A stretch of DNA of 64,000 nt from Octopus vulgaris (lineage: Eukaryota). This document shows, piece after piece, positions 1-11,755 of the stretch. The DNA lies in NCBI GenBank assembly GCA_951406725.2, contig OX597824.1, positions 58,652,001 through 58,716,000 of the forward strand, given 5' to 3'. Position 1 is the stretch's first letter. Each line of letters opens with the position of its first letter. A program made the translations under genes and the position numbers. The notes under the pieces are model-generated. The model searched no databases, had not been told where the DNA came from, and worked only from the letters and a program-made list of their open reading frames with translations.

Positions 1-1167
1 ACTCTGTCATGTCTGTGAATATATTCCTTCTTAGCCAGGACTGGGCAGCTAGAGATAATATGATTTATTGTTTCTTGTCCATCTCCACATATTCTGCAGT
101 TACTTGTAATATTTCTTTTCATTACATGTTTTTGGTAATTTCTGGTGGGGAGGCTTTGGTCTTGTGCTGCAATTAAAAATCCCTCTGTTTCTGCTTTGAG
201 TCCTGAGCTTCTCAACCATTGCTGGGATTTTTCTTTGTCTATTTCTTTTGCGTTTAGTTTAGTGCAGTATTTACCATGAAGGGGCTTTTCTTGCCATCGT
301 TTTATCATGGTTCGTTGCTGTTCTATTTTTAGTTTGGATTTCATTTTTTTTATAGCTTTTGTTGTTTCTTCATCTTCTTCTTCTTCTTCTTCTTCTTCTT
401 CATGTTTATTAGGTGGTATGATTTCTTGTTTGTATTTGTCAGCTTCCTTAAATACTGAGAACAGTTTTTTGTTTTGCTCGTGTTTTGCCGCTATCTGGAT
501 CAGTTTTCCTTCCTTCTGAAGTAGATATTTTTGCAGTCCTATGGTGGTTATTTTATAGTAGTTTTCCAGCTGTATAAGGCCTCTACCACCTTCTATACGT
601 TGTATATATAGTCTTTCTATGTCAGATTTTGGGTGATGCATCCTAGATCCTGTCATTATTTTTCTTGTTTTCCTGTCTATTTTGGTCAGTTCATTTCGTG
701 TCCAGTTAAGGATATTGTAGCTGTAACTTATAACTGGGACAGCTAAAGTGTTGATACCTATTATCTTGTTTTTAGCATTGAGCTCTGTGTTTAGTATTGA
801 TCTAACTCGTCTATAATATTCTTTTTTTATTTTCTCTTTCATTTGTGTGTGTTGTGTCTTATCTAGTTCATGGATTCCTAAGTATTTGTAAGTTTGGCTT
901 TGGTCTAATTCTTTTATTTCATTTGCTTCATCTAGTGTGATGTTGTTACTCTTAACTAGTTTTCCTCTTTTCATGGTTACTTTGGCGCATTTTTCTAATC
1001 CAAATTTCATATCTATTTCTTTGGTAAATCCATGAACTGTCTTTAATAGTGTTTCCAGCTGTTTGTCATTTGCAGCGTATAGTTTTAGGTCATCCATATA
1101 TAAAAGGTGGCTGATCGTTTTGCCGTAACATTTATATCCGCATCCAGTTCTATTTAGCATATCAGCA
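1..1167 (-). mobile_element. R4/Dong-clade (restriction-like endonuclease) non-LTR retrotransposon, 5'-truncated; RT C-terminal half plus CCHC zinc finger, runs off the window edge
   Basis: Manual translation of the minus strand gives an apparently uninterrupted frame: ...SHLLYMDDLKLYA...KFGLEKCAK...YKYLG...HHPKSDIERLY...GGRGL...AETEGFLIAAQDQSLPTRNY...CRICGDGQETINHIISSC...YIHRHDR. The 5' junction abuts (TAA)n. Confidence 0.93.
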
Positions 1168-1180
1168 TTTAGCATATCAG

Positions 1181-1218
<38 letters not shown>

Positions 1219-1244
1219 GTATTAGTATTATTATTATTATCATT

Positions 1245-1757
1245 AGGTCGACTTTACCTTTCATCTTTTCGGGGTCGATAAAAAAATTACCAGTTGAAGA
1301 CTGGAGTCGATATAATCGACTATACCTCTCCCCCAAAATTTCGGGCCTTGTACCTACAGCAGAAACGATTATTATTATCATTATTAAGGCGGCGAGCTGG
1401 CAGAATCGTTAGCACCCCGGGCAATATGCTTAGCGGCATTTAGTCATTCTCTACGTTTTGAGTTCAAATTCCGCTGAGGTCGACTTTGCCTTTCATCTCT
1501 TTGGGGTCGATGAAATAAGTACCACTTACACACTGGGGTCGATGTAATCGACTTAATCCCTTCCCCTAAATTTGAAGCCCTGTGCTTCCAGTAGAAAGAA
1601 TTATTATTATTATTGTTGTTGTTGTTGTTGTTATCATTAGTGACGAGCTGGCACAATCGTTGCTGCGCCAGACAAAATTACTGGAGGCATTTCACCCGAC
1701 TTTTAGTTTCTGAATTAAAATTCTGCCAAGGTCGATTTTCCTTTCATCGAGTACCAG
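1245..1757 (+). mobile_element. Tandem cluster of tRNA-like SINE family A copies (approx. 1245-1370, 1386-1602, 1639-1757) with (TTA)n tails
   Basis: Head AAGGCGGCGAGCTGGCAGAATCGTTAGC, B-box-like GAGTTCAAATTCC, conserved central GGTCGACTTTGCCTTTCATC..TTTCGGGGTCGAT.AAATAAGTACCA. The same motifs recur more than 10 times in the window. Confidence 0.85.
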
Positions 1758-1760
1758 TAT

Positions 1761-2024
1761 GCAGAGGAGTGGCTGTGTGGTAAGTAGCTTGCTTACCAAC
1801 CACATCGTTCCGGATTCAGTCCCACTGCGTGGCATCTTGGGCAAGTGTCTTCTACTATAGCCTCGGGCCGTCCAAAGCGATGTCAGTGGATTTGGTAGAC
1901 GGAAACTGAAAGAAACCCGTCGTATATATGTATATATATATATACCAGGTGGTGCTATTAAGTTAGACATGGCCTGGGCCAATAATGGCCGAAACCTATC
2001 AAAGTATCAAAGTATATATATATT

Positions 2025-2056
<32 letters not shown>

Positions 2057-2243
2057 TGTATGTATGTATGTATGTATGTATGTATGTATGTATGTATGTA
2101 TGTGTGTATATGTTTGTGTGTCTGTGTTTGTCCCCCCAACATCGCTTGACAACCGATGCTGGTGTGTTAGCATCGAGACCGATAGAATAAGTCCTGGGGT
2201 CGATTTGCTCGACAACAGTCAAATAACTGAAACAAGTAAAAGA
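1761..2243 (+). mobile_element. Composite tRNA-derived CORE-like SINE family B with internal (TA)/(TATG)n microsatellite
   Basis: A-box TGGCTGTGTGG, B-box-like GGATTCAGTCCC, CORE-like CTTGGGCAAGTG, then GGATTTGGTAGACGGAAACTGAAAGAA, a microsatellite, and a 3' module ending ACTGAAACAAGTAAAAGAG. Confidence 0.88.
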
Positions 2244-2328
2244 GTACCAGTCAAGTATTGGGACCAATGTATCCTACTCCCCACTTCTCTCATAAATTGC
2301 CAGTTTTGTGTCAAAATTTGAAACCACT

Positions 2329-2522
2329 AAGGCGGCGAGATGAAAGAATCATGAGTATGCCGGACGAAATGCCTAGCAGCACTTTGCCGAGATCGGCTTT
2401 GCCGGTCATCCTTTCAGGCTCAATAAATTAAGTACCAGTCAAGCATTGGTGTCGATGTAATCAACTAGCCCCTTTCTTAAAAGTTTCAGGCCTTGTGCCT
2501 ATAGCAGCAAGAATTATTATTA
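2329..2522 (+). mobile_element. SINE family A copy
   Basis: AAGGCGGCGAG head, TCATCCTTTC..AATAAATTAAGTACCAG core, GGCCTTGTGCCTATAG..ATTATTAT tail. Confidence 0.8.
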
Positions 2523-3092
2523 TAGCTTTGATTTTTTTGTTAATCCTATATTAAGTAGCAACAAAAGAACGGTAGTGATACGCAACTTAATTTTTGCTTC
2601 AATTTACTGCAGTGTTTTCATAACAAACAAAGTGCAGACGTGTTCTCGACTCCATTTGTTCAGGAAATTACTAGTTGTCATCAAATCTTTTGTCACTGAA
2701 GCTATTTAGATGAAACAGATCCGTTTCTTTCATTTTCTTATATCTTGCCACCACCCCAGTGGATTTTTTTAATAATTATCATTATTATTGTTGTTATTTT
2801 AGGGTAGCTCTTTTAGTTTTGCCATTTTTTCTTTAAATGATGTTGTTTAGAAGTGTGTGGTGGTGCGGTGGTGTGATGATGGGGGAGGGGTTTGATTGGT
2901 GTCACTATGTCTGGCGGTATTATAGTCTATTGATTGAAAAATATATTTCTAGCTCAAAGTGACGAACAACGAAGAGTGAAGAGGGTAAAGGAAGCCATTG
3001 ACATCTTCGCTGAGAGGGAAAAAGACGGAGAGAGGGAGAGAGAGGGAGAATGAGAAACAGAGAGAGAGAGAGAGATAGAGAGGGAGAATGAG

Positions 3093-3140
<48 letters not shown>

Positions 3141-3499
3141 AAGCAACTCGGTTTAGATTATTTGCCGACGGAGATGACGTCATTAACGCTGCTTATAATG
3201 ACCTTAGGAAAAGGCATGAGAGTCACGGAATCTCAAATTTCAAAATATTTCTCTCCACAAGTACAGTGTAATTCGCCAAGTTATTTTAAAGGTGGAATGT
3301 TCATAACATCATTGTATTAATTTAAGTCAGCCCTGATCAAGAAGACATATAATCAAAGACATTACTGTCGGGACCATTCAGTTTTCATTTCAGGTTTAGT
3401 ATACCTCAGACTACATCCTTCAGTGTGTCTATATAATTAGAGACAATCAGGGTTGTGAATTTAGAAAAGTTTCTATTTCTGATATGATCGGGTTTCACT

Positions 3500-4110
3500 T
3501 CAGGTTCGTTGTAACTTGTTGAAGTGAACTGGGGACATAATCCTAGACATTGGTGTGAGGTTACAACATATGCTTTGCAATCCTGCTGTTCTATATTCGA
3601 CCTCACGGCAAAGTGTATTGGGCAAAATTCTTTTAGTAGGACAGGTCAATAAAAGTTGGCTGTCTGTGTGGTTGTAGGATTTGGTTCATGAGAAATGTGC
3701 CGAGCTCGATGGAACGCCGCTTCCTAATTTTGATAATGTTAACTTGTCTCCCGGTTTAAGATTACAGACCTCTGGCCCTGGGGGTGCTTGTGATAGGGTT
3801 CACTCTGCTGCAAGCATCCAAGGAAGTTTGGTCTATGTATAACATAATCCCCTATTTTTTTCTTCTCTTATGAAAACAGTCATGGTCATTGCATTCCTTC
3901 TCAAACCAAACCACAAAAATATACACTAGATTTAACTGGCATTACCATTGGAAATTCCGTGGCCCATTTTTTGTGGTATAGTGTCACCCATAAATATCTC
4001 CTCATTCATTAACAATATCCTGTCATTTCCTTCATAATCATCTCTTTAGTTTCTAGGAAATCTGCTCTGTTCTCTTCAGCCTGTTTTCCCAACGTGCAAA
4101 ATATTCATGT
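3500..4110 (-). pseudogene. Highly degenerate RTE-clade LINE RT C-terminal remnant
   Basis: Minus-strand fragments IRKRR..LGH-like and PNTLCREVE resemble the RTE-type R.RRW.W.GH..R / PRNT.RRE motifs; many stops and frameshifts. Confidence 0.5.
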
Positions 4111-4249
4111 CTATCAACCTTCTTACGTGATTAAGAATTATCATTCCTTCTCTGCTAGCTCCAGCTTCGTCGTTCACCATACATCACTATCTCTCTCTCT
4201 CTCTCTGTCTATCTCTCTCTCTCTCTCTCTCTGTCTCTCTGTCTCTCTC

Positions 4250-4282
<33 letters not shown>

Positions 4283-5608
4283 GTCTATCTATCTCCCCTC
4301 TCTGTATCTCTTACTTTTACCAAACCTTTTCCTCAGCGTTGCAGATTAATTTGCACCATAGGAATTTATTGTCAACAATTTAATATGAACTAATTATGAA
4401 ACTTTCTAGAAAAATTAACTTCTCCAGACCGGAGAATTTTTATCACATTGGAATGTTGTATTGTAAATCTGAGGCCAAATGATTAGTACTTAAAGAACTA
4501 TCGGCGGCTCTTGGGAACATTATGGTGTATAAATTATATATATATTTATTCAATATTTATATTTATTTATTTGCATTTGCATTCTATAAACATTATTTTA
4601 ACATTTATTTTGATTTAATACAACTGTTAACTTGATTTGGCTCCTTTGTTTCGCCAAATATCATTATGTTACTAGGGGTCATTAATAACCAAAATAATTA
4701 CAAACAGTACAACAAACCATTATTAATGATTGCTATACACTTTTGGGAAATTATACAGTAAAGTTTCACTAGAGATAGAACCAGGTTAAAACGTTATTGG
4801 GGTTGACACAGAGAAGACAAAGACAACTTTTCTATTTGATAGTCCTCACACAAAAACGAAATAAAAACGACAAAATGAACAGAAACAACAACAGCAGTAG
4901 CAATGACGATAACTTTGTGAACCCTTAACAAAAACAAATACACTCATTCATTCACTTATTCGTTTATACATACATACATACATACATACATACATACATA
5001 CATACATACATACATACATACATACATACATACATACATACATACATGCATGCATGCATACATGCAGATGTACATACATATATCCATACGTAAACACGCT
5101 TTACCACTGCGACCACCTCGCTACCGATGCTCGTAATTTTACCTGCCACCCTCCACTTCCGTTTCTTTCGCCGCTGAGAACACAGTCGTGACCGTGTAAC
5201 CCCACATTATCCCCCACACCACCACCAGCACCACCATCACCACCACCACCACCACCACCACCGTTGCCATCACAACCACCACAGAACCAATAAAAAAACG
5301 GGCCTTTCTAAACCCCTGTTACCTATCTAACTCCCAATATCCATTTAGAAGTTAACAGTTAAGTCACATGCAAGGTCAGCTGACCCCTTAGTCTGAAAAT
5401 TCTTGGAAAAAGATAAAAAAGAAAGAAAAACCATGTCAGGAACTTTGAAAAGGAACAAAAGGAGGTTGTGAGGAGGAGGAGGGGAGTAGGTGGTGACAGA
5501 TAGTGTAAGGTGTTAAGGGAGTGAATGAGAAAACGTGGTGGGGCAACTGAGGAAGTAAAAATACATGCCCGTAAGTATACACACACACACACACACACGC
5601 ACACACAC

Positions 5609-5647
<39 letters not shown>

Positions 5648-5793
5648 CACGCAACTCGTATATACATACGTGCATATGTGCATAAAACATGTATATGTGT
5701 ATATATGTACAGAGAAAGACAGAAGACAGACATACAGATGGATATATATAGGTAAATAAAAAGATAGATGGATGAACAGATAGATAGATAAAT

Positions 5794-5880
<87 letters not shown>

Positions 5881-5920
5881 CATACATACAGACAGACAGT
5901 TAGACAGATAAACAGAGAGC

Positions 5921-6130
5921 TGCAGGAGTGGCGGTGTTTAAAAAAAAGTTTGCTTTCCAGCATGGTTCTGCGTTCAGTACTACTGCATGGCACCTTACTA
6001 CTACAACCCCGGGTCGACCAAAGCCTTGTGAGATGATTTGGTGGAACGAAAATAAAAGGAGCCTCTATTTGTTTGACAACACTCTTAAAGGACTTGTCCC
6101 AACATGGCCGTAATTGAATGGTTGAAAAAG
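5921..6130 (+). mobile_element. Degenerate SINE family B copy
   Basis: GCAGGAGTGGC head, CATGGTTCTGCGTTCAGT, CGACCAAAGCCTTGTGAG, CAACATGGCCG..AATG.TTGAAA end. Confidence 0.7.
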
Positions 6131-6796
6131 TAATATATAAACAAAGAGAGAGAGAGAGATAGATACAGAGAGACAGAGGGAGAGAGAGAGAGAGAGAGAG
6201 AGAGTTCAGAAGAGAGAAGTATGTAATAATAACAATAATAATAATGATAACAATAATAACAATAAAAATAATAATAATAAAGCAAGAGCATATTAATATG
6301 AACATTCCAGTGTGCTGGTATGTTGTAATGGGTCGTTGTTAAGAACCTCTAAAGGTTCCCATTTCCACCGTGCCCATCCATCACAATTAGGGTTGAAGTA
6401 ATAGTGAAATGTTTCACCAGATTGCGAAGGCAATCTACGCGAATAAGACATTCCTACAGATTGTCTTAGAATCCAACTAATCGACACTGAGACATTCCTG
6501 TGGATTGTCTTAGAACTTTACAACTTTTCAAAGTTTAAAAGAAAATATGAAGGTATTTTCTTGTTTGTTTATGTGTATGTATGTGTGTGTGTGTGTGTGT
6601 GTGTGTAAGGAGAGATGGAGAGCGCGTGTGCGTGTGTGTGCGTGTGTGTGCGTATGTGTGTTTATGTGCGTGTGTGAGTGAGTGTATGCGTGTATGTGAT
6701 TGTGCGTGTGTGTATGTGCTTGCGTGCATGCCACCTTTTTTGTATTATATTATCTTGTTGCTTTTGTTGTTGATGATGATGATGATGATGATGTTA

Positions 6797-6970
6797 ACTC
6801 AAGGTCAGCTCTAATCCAGCTGACTCATGATCAAAAACCAATCGTGACCATTCCATCTTTTATCCAGGCACAGATTGGACTAGATTTATCGCTTTTTTCT
6901 ACTTTGTAAAAGATGTTGCGGTGCGGTTTGAGGAAGTTTTTACTGCTATTTCTAGCAAGTGGAAAGACTA
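6797..6970 (+). repeat. Old interspersed repeat (further copies at approx. 3323-3390 +, 7297-7420 +, 8620-8800 -, 16968-17120 +, 17318-17480 +)
   Basis: Shared degenerate motifs AGGTCAGC.CTGATC.A.CAGAC..ATGATCAAA..GTGACCATT and GCTATTTCTAGCA among the copies. Confidence 0.55.
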
Positions 6971-7419
6971 CGCACAAGCTTGCTCTTTGATACTCTTCTG
7001 AGAGTGGAAGCAGTACCACCAGCGCAGCAGCAGCAGCAGCCGTTCAAGAATTTCCAGCGACTTCGAGGGCCACCCCCCAGTGGTGTCGAGTGTCAACGAA
7101 GATCCTTCGACTACAAGACGACCAAAGTTTCTTTTTCCAAGGTTTGGGGTCTCCCGCCCCTATGCCCTAGACATCACCTAATCACCTTTACCCGTCTTGT
7201 TGTTTAACAGCAGCCACAACAGCACTCGCAGGAATGTCTAGTTACAGATAATACAATTATTAGTTCGAAACCTACACAGAACCCATTTTGCTACGTCCAA
7301 GCTCAGCTCTGATCCACCAGACCCATAGTGGCAGATATGCTCATCTCATCTTTTGTATATTTATAATTGTATTATCTAATGTGTTCCTCACCTTTTTCAA
7401 GATATTTGAGGTGTTTTAT

Positions 7420-7469
<50 letters not shown>

Positions 7470-8149
7470 AAAAGAGAGACTCAGCTTCTATTTCTAGATT
7501 GTAAAACAACCCTACCTTGAGTGTCGGACGTTGAATTGATTCAGTATTTACTTTTGTGTGTGTGTGTTTCAGAGAAGAATGTTTTGGGCCCAATAACTTG
7601 TAAAAGATCCCCCACGCTGATGAGATCCTGTACAGGAACGTGTTACGAAAGAAATGTAGTTAGCTAATTAAAGCACCCTCTCAGAAGTCATTTTCCACTT
7701 TCATTTAAATTCTCTACACTGTTTCTGTTCATCAGACGATATAGACGATATATAATGTGTTTTGCATCCGCGAAACTTTAAGTGATGTGGAGCCGAGTTA
7801 ACCTATTATTAATGACTTAACATTTCAGTAAATCTGCTGCATGCACACCTTCTTTCGCTTGTTTACCCACTTACATGTGTATTTGTATAAAATCTATACA
7901 CTTAATACTTCAAAGATTTTTGGAGTTTCTTTTTTTAAAAATTGCTTCCCCATTTCTTGTCTTGTTTTAACTTCTCGTAATTTATTCAGTTACAGTATTT
8001 CATCATCCTCCTTTACTTTCTTAATCTCTCCTACTAACGGTATTATCTTATTATTTTACTATACTGTACAAAAATGAAACGTTTATAGTTATATTCTGTA
8101 CGCGGTGGATTAACAAATATTTTCTTACGACCAATTTGTGACCAGATTT

Positions 8150-8513
8150 CAAATCACATCAGGGTCGACTTTGACTTTCATCCCTCTGGAATTTGATAAA
8201 ATCCTACTGGGATCAATTTGAGTAAAGTAAATTGTTCAATACAAATTCATTGAGGTTTTGTGCCTATCAATAATTACATTCAGAAAGGATCTGTAATGTT
8301 GCTTTCAAACTCTGACACAAGGCTAGTAATTTCGAGGGAGGAGGTTAGTCGATCACATCCACTCCAGTGCTAAACTGGTACTTATTTTATTGATCCCGAA
8401 AGGATGAAATGTAATATCTATGCTTGCGGCATTTCAATTCAGAACGTAAATCGGAAGAAATGCCGCCAAGCATTTTGCCAGACGCGGTAATGATTCTACC
8501 ACCTCACAGCCTT
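8150..8513. mobile_element. Two SINE family A remnants tail to tail (approx. 8150-8275 +, 8305-8513 -)
   Basis: GGGTCGACTTTGACTTTCATCC on +; CTGGTACTTATTTTATTGATCCCGAAAGGATGAAA is the reverse complement of the core. Confidence 0.75.
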
Positions 8514-9308
8514 AATCCTATATTTAATGTTAATAAATATATATGAAGTAGTTTTCATAGATATAAGGTTAGTTGATGTTTGATATTATAACACAGCAGA
8601 ACATGTCAGTCAGGAAACCTCTGTAGGTCGCTTAATTTTTTTAGAAACAGCAGTCAAATCTTCAAACCGAGCTTAGTGTCTTTAAAATAAGAGTGGACAC
8701 ATTGAGAGACCGAGATATTTGGGAAAAAAAGTCGAAAATCTTATGGGTGGAATAGCTTTGCTCACACGCCGACTCTATCAGGGTTGATGTAAGGTTTAAC
8801 AACGATAAGGGACAAGACACAAAGAGAAGAGCCGATAGGTTGATGTAAGAAGGAAACTTTTATTAGTGTGAATTTTAACATTTTAAATGCGTTATAACAG
8901 ACAAACATTGTTGTTGGATAATAACCATTTGTTGCTGAAAATAACACTCAGCTCGATTGAAAATTTTGTCACACAATCCAGCAGTTTAGCTGCCACCCTA
9001 CAGTGGCCATAAAGGGGACAGTCACCGGCTCTACCACTCCCTATTTACTACATTGAAACGCGCGCGCACTGCTTCGATAACAAAGATTTGAGTCTGAAAC
9101 TATAATGTCAGCTTACTTATTTCATATCAAAAGTACAAGTCCTTTTTTTTTTCCAAACAGCCCCTATAAAAAAATATATACATATAGTATATAATAAAAA
9201 CGTTCTGTGCGCTTTATTTTTTTGACACGGCATCATATCGCTGTTGCAGATGTTATTGTTGGGTGTTGCCAATCCTGTTTTAGACAGAAACCCTTAACCT
9301 TTGTTAAG

Positions 9309-9380
<72 letters not shown>

Positions 9381-9899
9381 GTTGTTGTTGTTGTTGTTAT
9401 GGCGGATTAATTGCTACCTGCGGCTGGCACATAGCATTAAACGCTTCTTTTATGACAACGTATCTTTGTAATTTTAAGCATTGTTCTTTACTCAAGGTTT
9501 TATATTTAGTATTGTTGTTGTTGTTTCTGCTTTGTCGAAGTTGTTGTTATTGTAGCTTAGCGATGTTGTGGTTGATGATCATCAGCTTTTGCTGCCGTGC
9601 ATGGCCGTTTTAACTCCTGTTATTTAGAGCCCTATAACTTGCTTTGTGTTTTTTTATACAAATATTGTTTGTTTCTTTATGTTACTGTTATTTTTTATAA
9701 TGGAGCGTGAAGAAAACAACAAAGACGAAAATAGAATTTTCCTTTGTGATGGGTTTGTATAGTTTTTGAGCTGTAACAAGCGTGTACACATACACAGACG
9801 ACACACATCTGGCGTACAGATATATACAATATACACACACTTACATAAGCAAATAAGTGTGTGTGTGTGTGTGTGATATGCGATACGTACATACGTTCG

Positions 9900-9943
<44 letters not shown>

Positions 9944-10388
9944 ATAAAATGTATTTAATACTCTTGAATAATGCTTCGTTAGATAGAACTTTGAGAGAGC
10001 AGGAGCTGCGGAGTGACTCATGAAACAAGAGCAGCATTTTTCCTGTTTCCGTACCAATCACCTCCTGCACTTTGCTACATCCTACAGCCATGTTTGATAC
10101 ATGTAAATATGAACGACCCTATCTCTAATGTCCAAGTAATACACACCCATCGACACTACATGCTCTCAATTTATCTTTAATTTCATATTACCAAAACTGC
10201 CTCCCCTTACTTTTTGGGGCAACATTAATAATTAAGCTAACGGGTCCTCTTCCACTTTAGAGAGAATCTATTAATTTTTTAAAAAGTAGCTATCACAGTT
10301 CGACGATGGCTCGTTTGAGAACAATAAATTTGTATAGAGTAACCCCTCAAAGTAATGTAAAGTTGTTTTTAATATAACTGTACATAAA

Positions 10389-10540
10389 AAGGCGATGAGC
10401 TGGCAAAATCGTTAGCACACCGGGCAAAATGCTTAGTGGCATTTCGTCCGTCTTTACGTTGTGGGTTCAAACGCCGCCGAGGTCGACTTTACCTTTCATT
10501 CTTTCGGGGTCGATAAAATAAGTAACAGTTGAACACTTGG
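10389..10540 (+). mobile_element. SINE family A copy, 3'-truncated
   Basis: AAGGCGATGAGCTGGCAAAATCGTTAGCAC...GCCGAGGTCGACTTTACCTTTCATTCTTTCGGGGTCGATAAAATAAGTA. Confidence 0.85.
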
Positions 10541-10859
10541 TTCGGGCTTACGCTCTTCGACAGAACGGATTGAGAGGGAAAACAATGGGATAGTGTTCAA
10601 CGGTTCAACCTGATGAAGCGATATTTGCAGTCTTTTTTTTTAAAAATAAAATACCAACATCTGCAGAGCAAAACCTTTTTACTACACTTCGCCTGCATAC
10701 TCATTGGCACCCACGCCATTTGTTGTTTCACTCTTCTTTACCCACCATGACCGATGTGACGCAAATTGAGTTTTATTACGTTTTTATCATCATTATTATT
10801 CTTTCAACTCAGGTTATGTCGGAACTCCTGCAATTTTGTATGGAATATATATATACATA

Positions 10860-11125
10860 TATACGTGTGTGTGTGTGTGTGTATGTGTGTGTGTGAGTGT
10901 GTCTGTGTGCCTTTGTGTCTTTATTTATTACACACCACTGCTTGATAACCAGTGTTGGTGCGTTTACGTCTCCGTAATATAGCGGTTTGGTAAACGAGAC
11001 AGACGGAATGGGTGAATAAGTACCAGGCTTTAAAAAAGTAATAAGTACTGGGGTCGATTCATTCGTCTAAAAACTCTTCCAGACGATGCCTCAACATGGC
11101 CGCAGTCTAATGACTGAAACAAGTA
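10860..11125 (+). mobile_element. SINE family B 3' module preceded by (TG)n
   Basis: GCTTGATAACC.GTGTTGGTG..TTTACGTC, AATAAGTACTGGGGTCGATT, CAACATGGCCGCAGTCTAATGACTGAAACAAGTA. Confidence 0.8.
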
Positions 11126-11159
11126 GTGAATATTTTGGAAATACATGCTACTATCTCCA

Positions 11160-11547
11160 ACTGAAGATTGCAAAGCATGTTTTTCTCATGTTGGGGAAAA
11201 TGGCGCCAGAAAAAATACTCATGCTTCAAAAAGCTCACAAAGATTCTACAATGAACAAAACACAAGTTAACGATTGGTTTTCACGCTTTAGGAATGGTTA
11301 CTTGTCGTTTGAAGATAAACCTCGTTCAGGACGACTGTCGTTTTCTCGAAAGAATGAAAACATAACAAAAATTCATGAACTAATCTTGGAAGCCCATCGC
11401 CGAACAACTGACGAACTTGTTGATATGTCTGGTGTGTCCTGGAGCTTCTGGAAACGAATTTTGAGCGAGAAATTGCGAATAAAAATAGTTGCTGCAAACT
11501 TTTTGTGCCTCGCTTGCTCACGGAAGATCAAAAGCAGTCACAACTGA
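11160..11547 (+). pseudogene. mariner transposase N-terminal (bipartite HTH) fragment, truncated by the adjacent Penelope-like insertion
   Basis: LGK...MLQKAHKDSTMNKTQVNDWFSRFRNGYLSFEDKPRSGR...ENITKIHELILE.HRRTTDEL...GVSWS...ILSEKL, followed by an out-of-frame VPR; typical mariner N-terminus. Confidence 0.85.
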
Positions 11548-11559
11548 ATGCATGTCCAT

Positions 11560-11604
11560 TGTCCGGAAATCTTCCGTCACACAACTGTGACCTCTTCAGC
11601 GACA
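11560..11604 (-). ncRNA. Variant minimal hammerhead-like motif in the left pseudo-LTR
   Basis: TGTCG-CTGAAGA-G-GTCACA(GTTG)TGTGAC-G-GAAG-ATTTC-CGGACA; non-canonical at GAAA and at the stem II closing pair. Confidence 0.5.
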
Positions 11605-11714
11605 CTTTTCGTTTTCGTGTGTGTTCTTGCTCCACTTACTCCATTCTGTTCTTCTAAGATGTGTATCCTTACGTGCGCATGCGTTTGTGTCCTTGTTTGT
11701 TTGTGTGTGTGTGT

Positions 11715-11755
<41 letters not shown>

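Noticed and set aside
5100-5210. Possible host exon with a minus-strand donor GGCAG|GTAAAA
   Set aside because: No matching acceptor, ORF or other evidence; such sites are common by chance.
5359-6305. Long ORFs (174-289 aa) on the minus strand
   Set aside because: Translations of (GATA)n, (CA)n, (GA)n and (TAA)n repeats plus SINE sequence; no protein signal.
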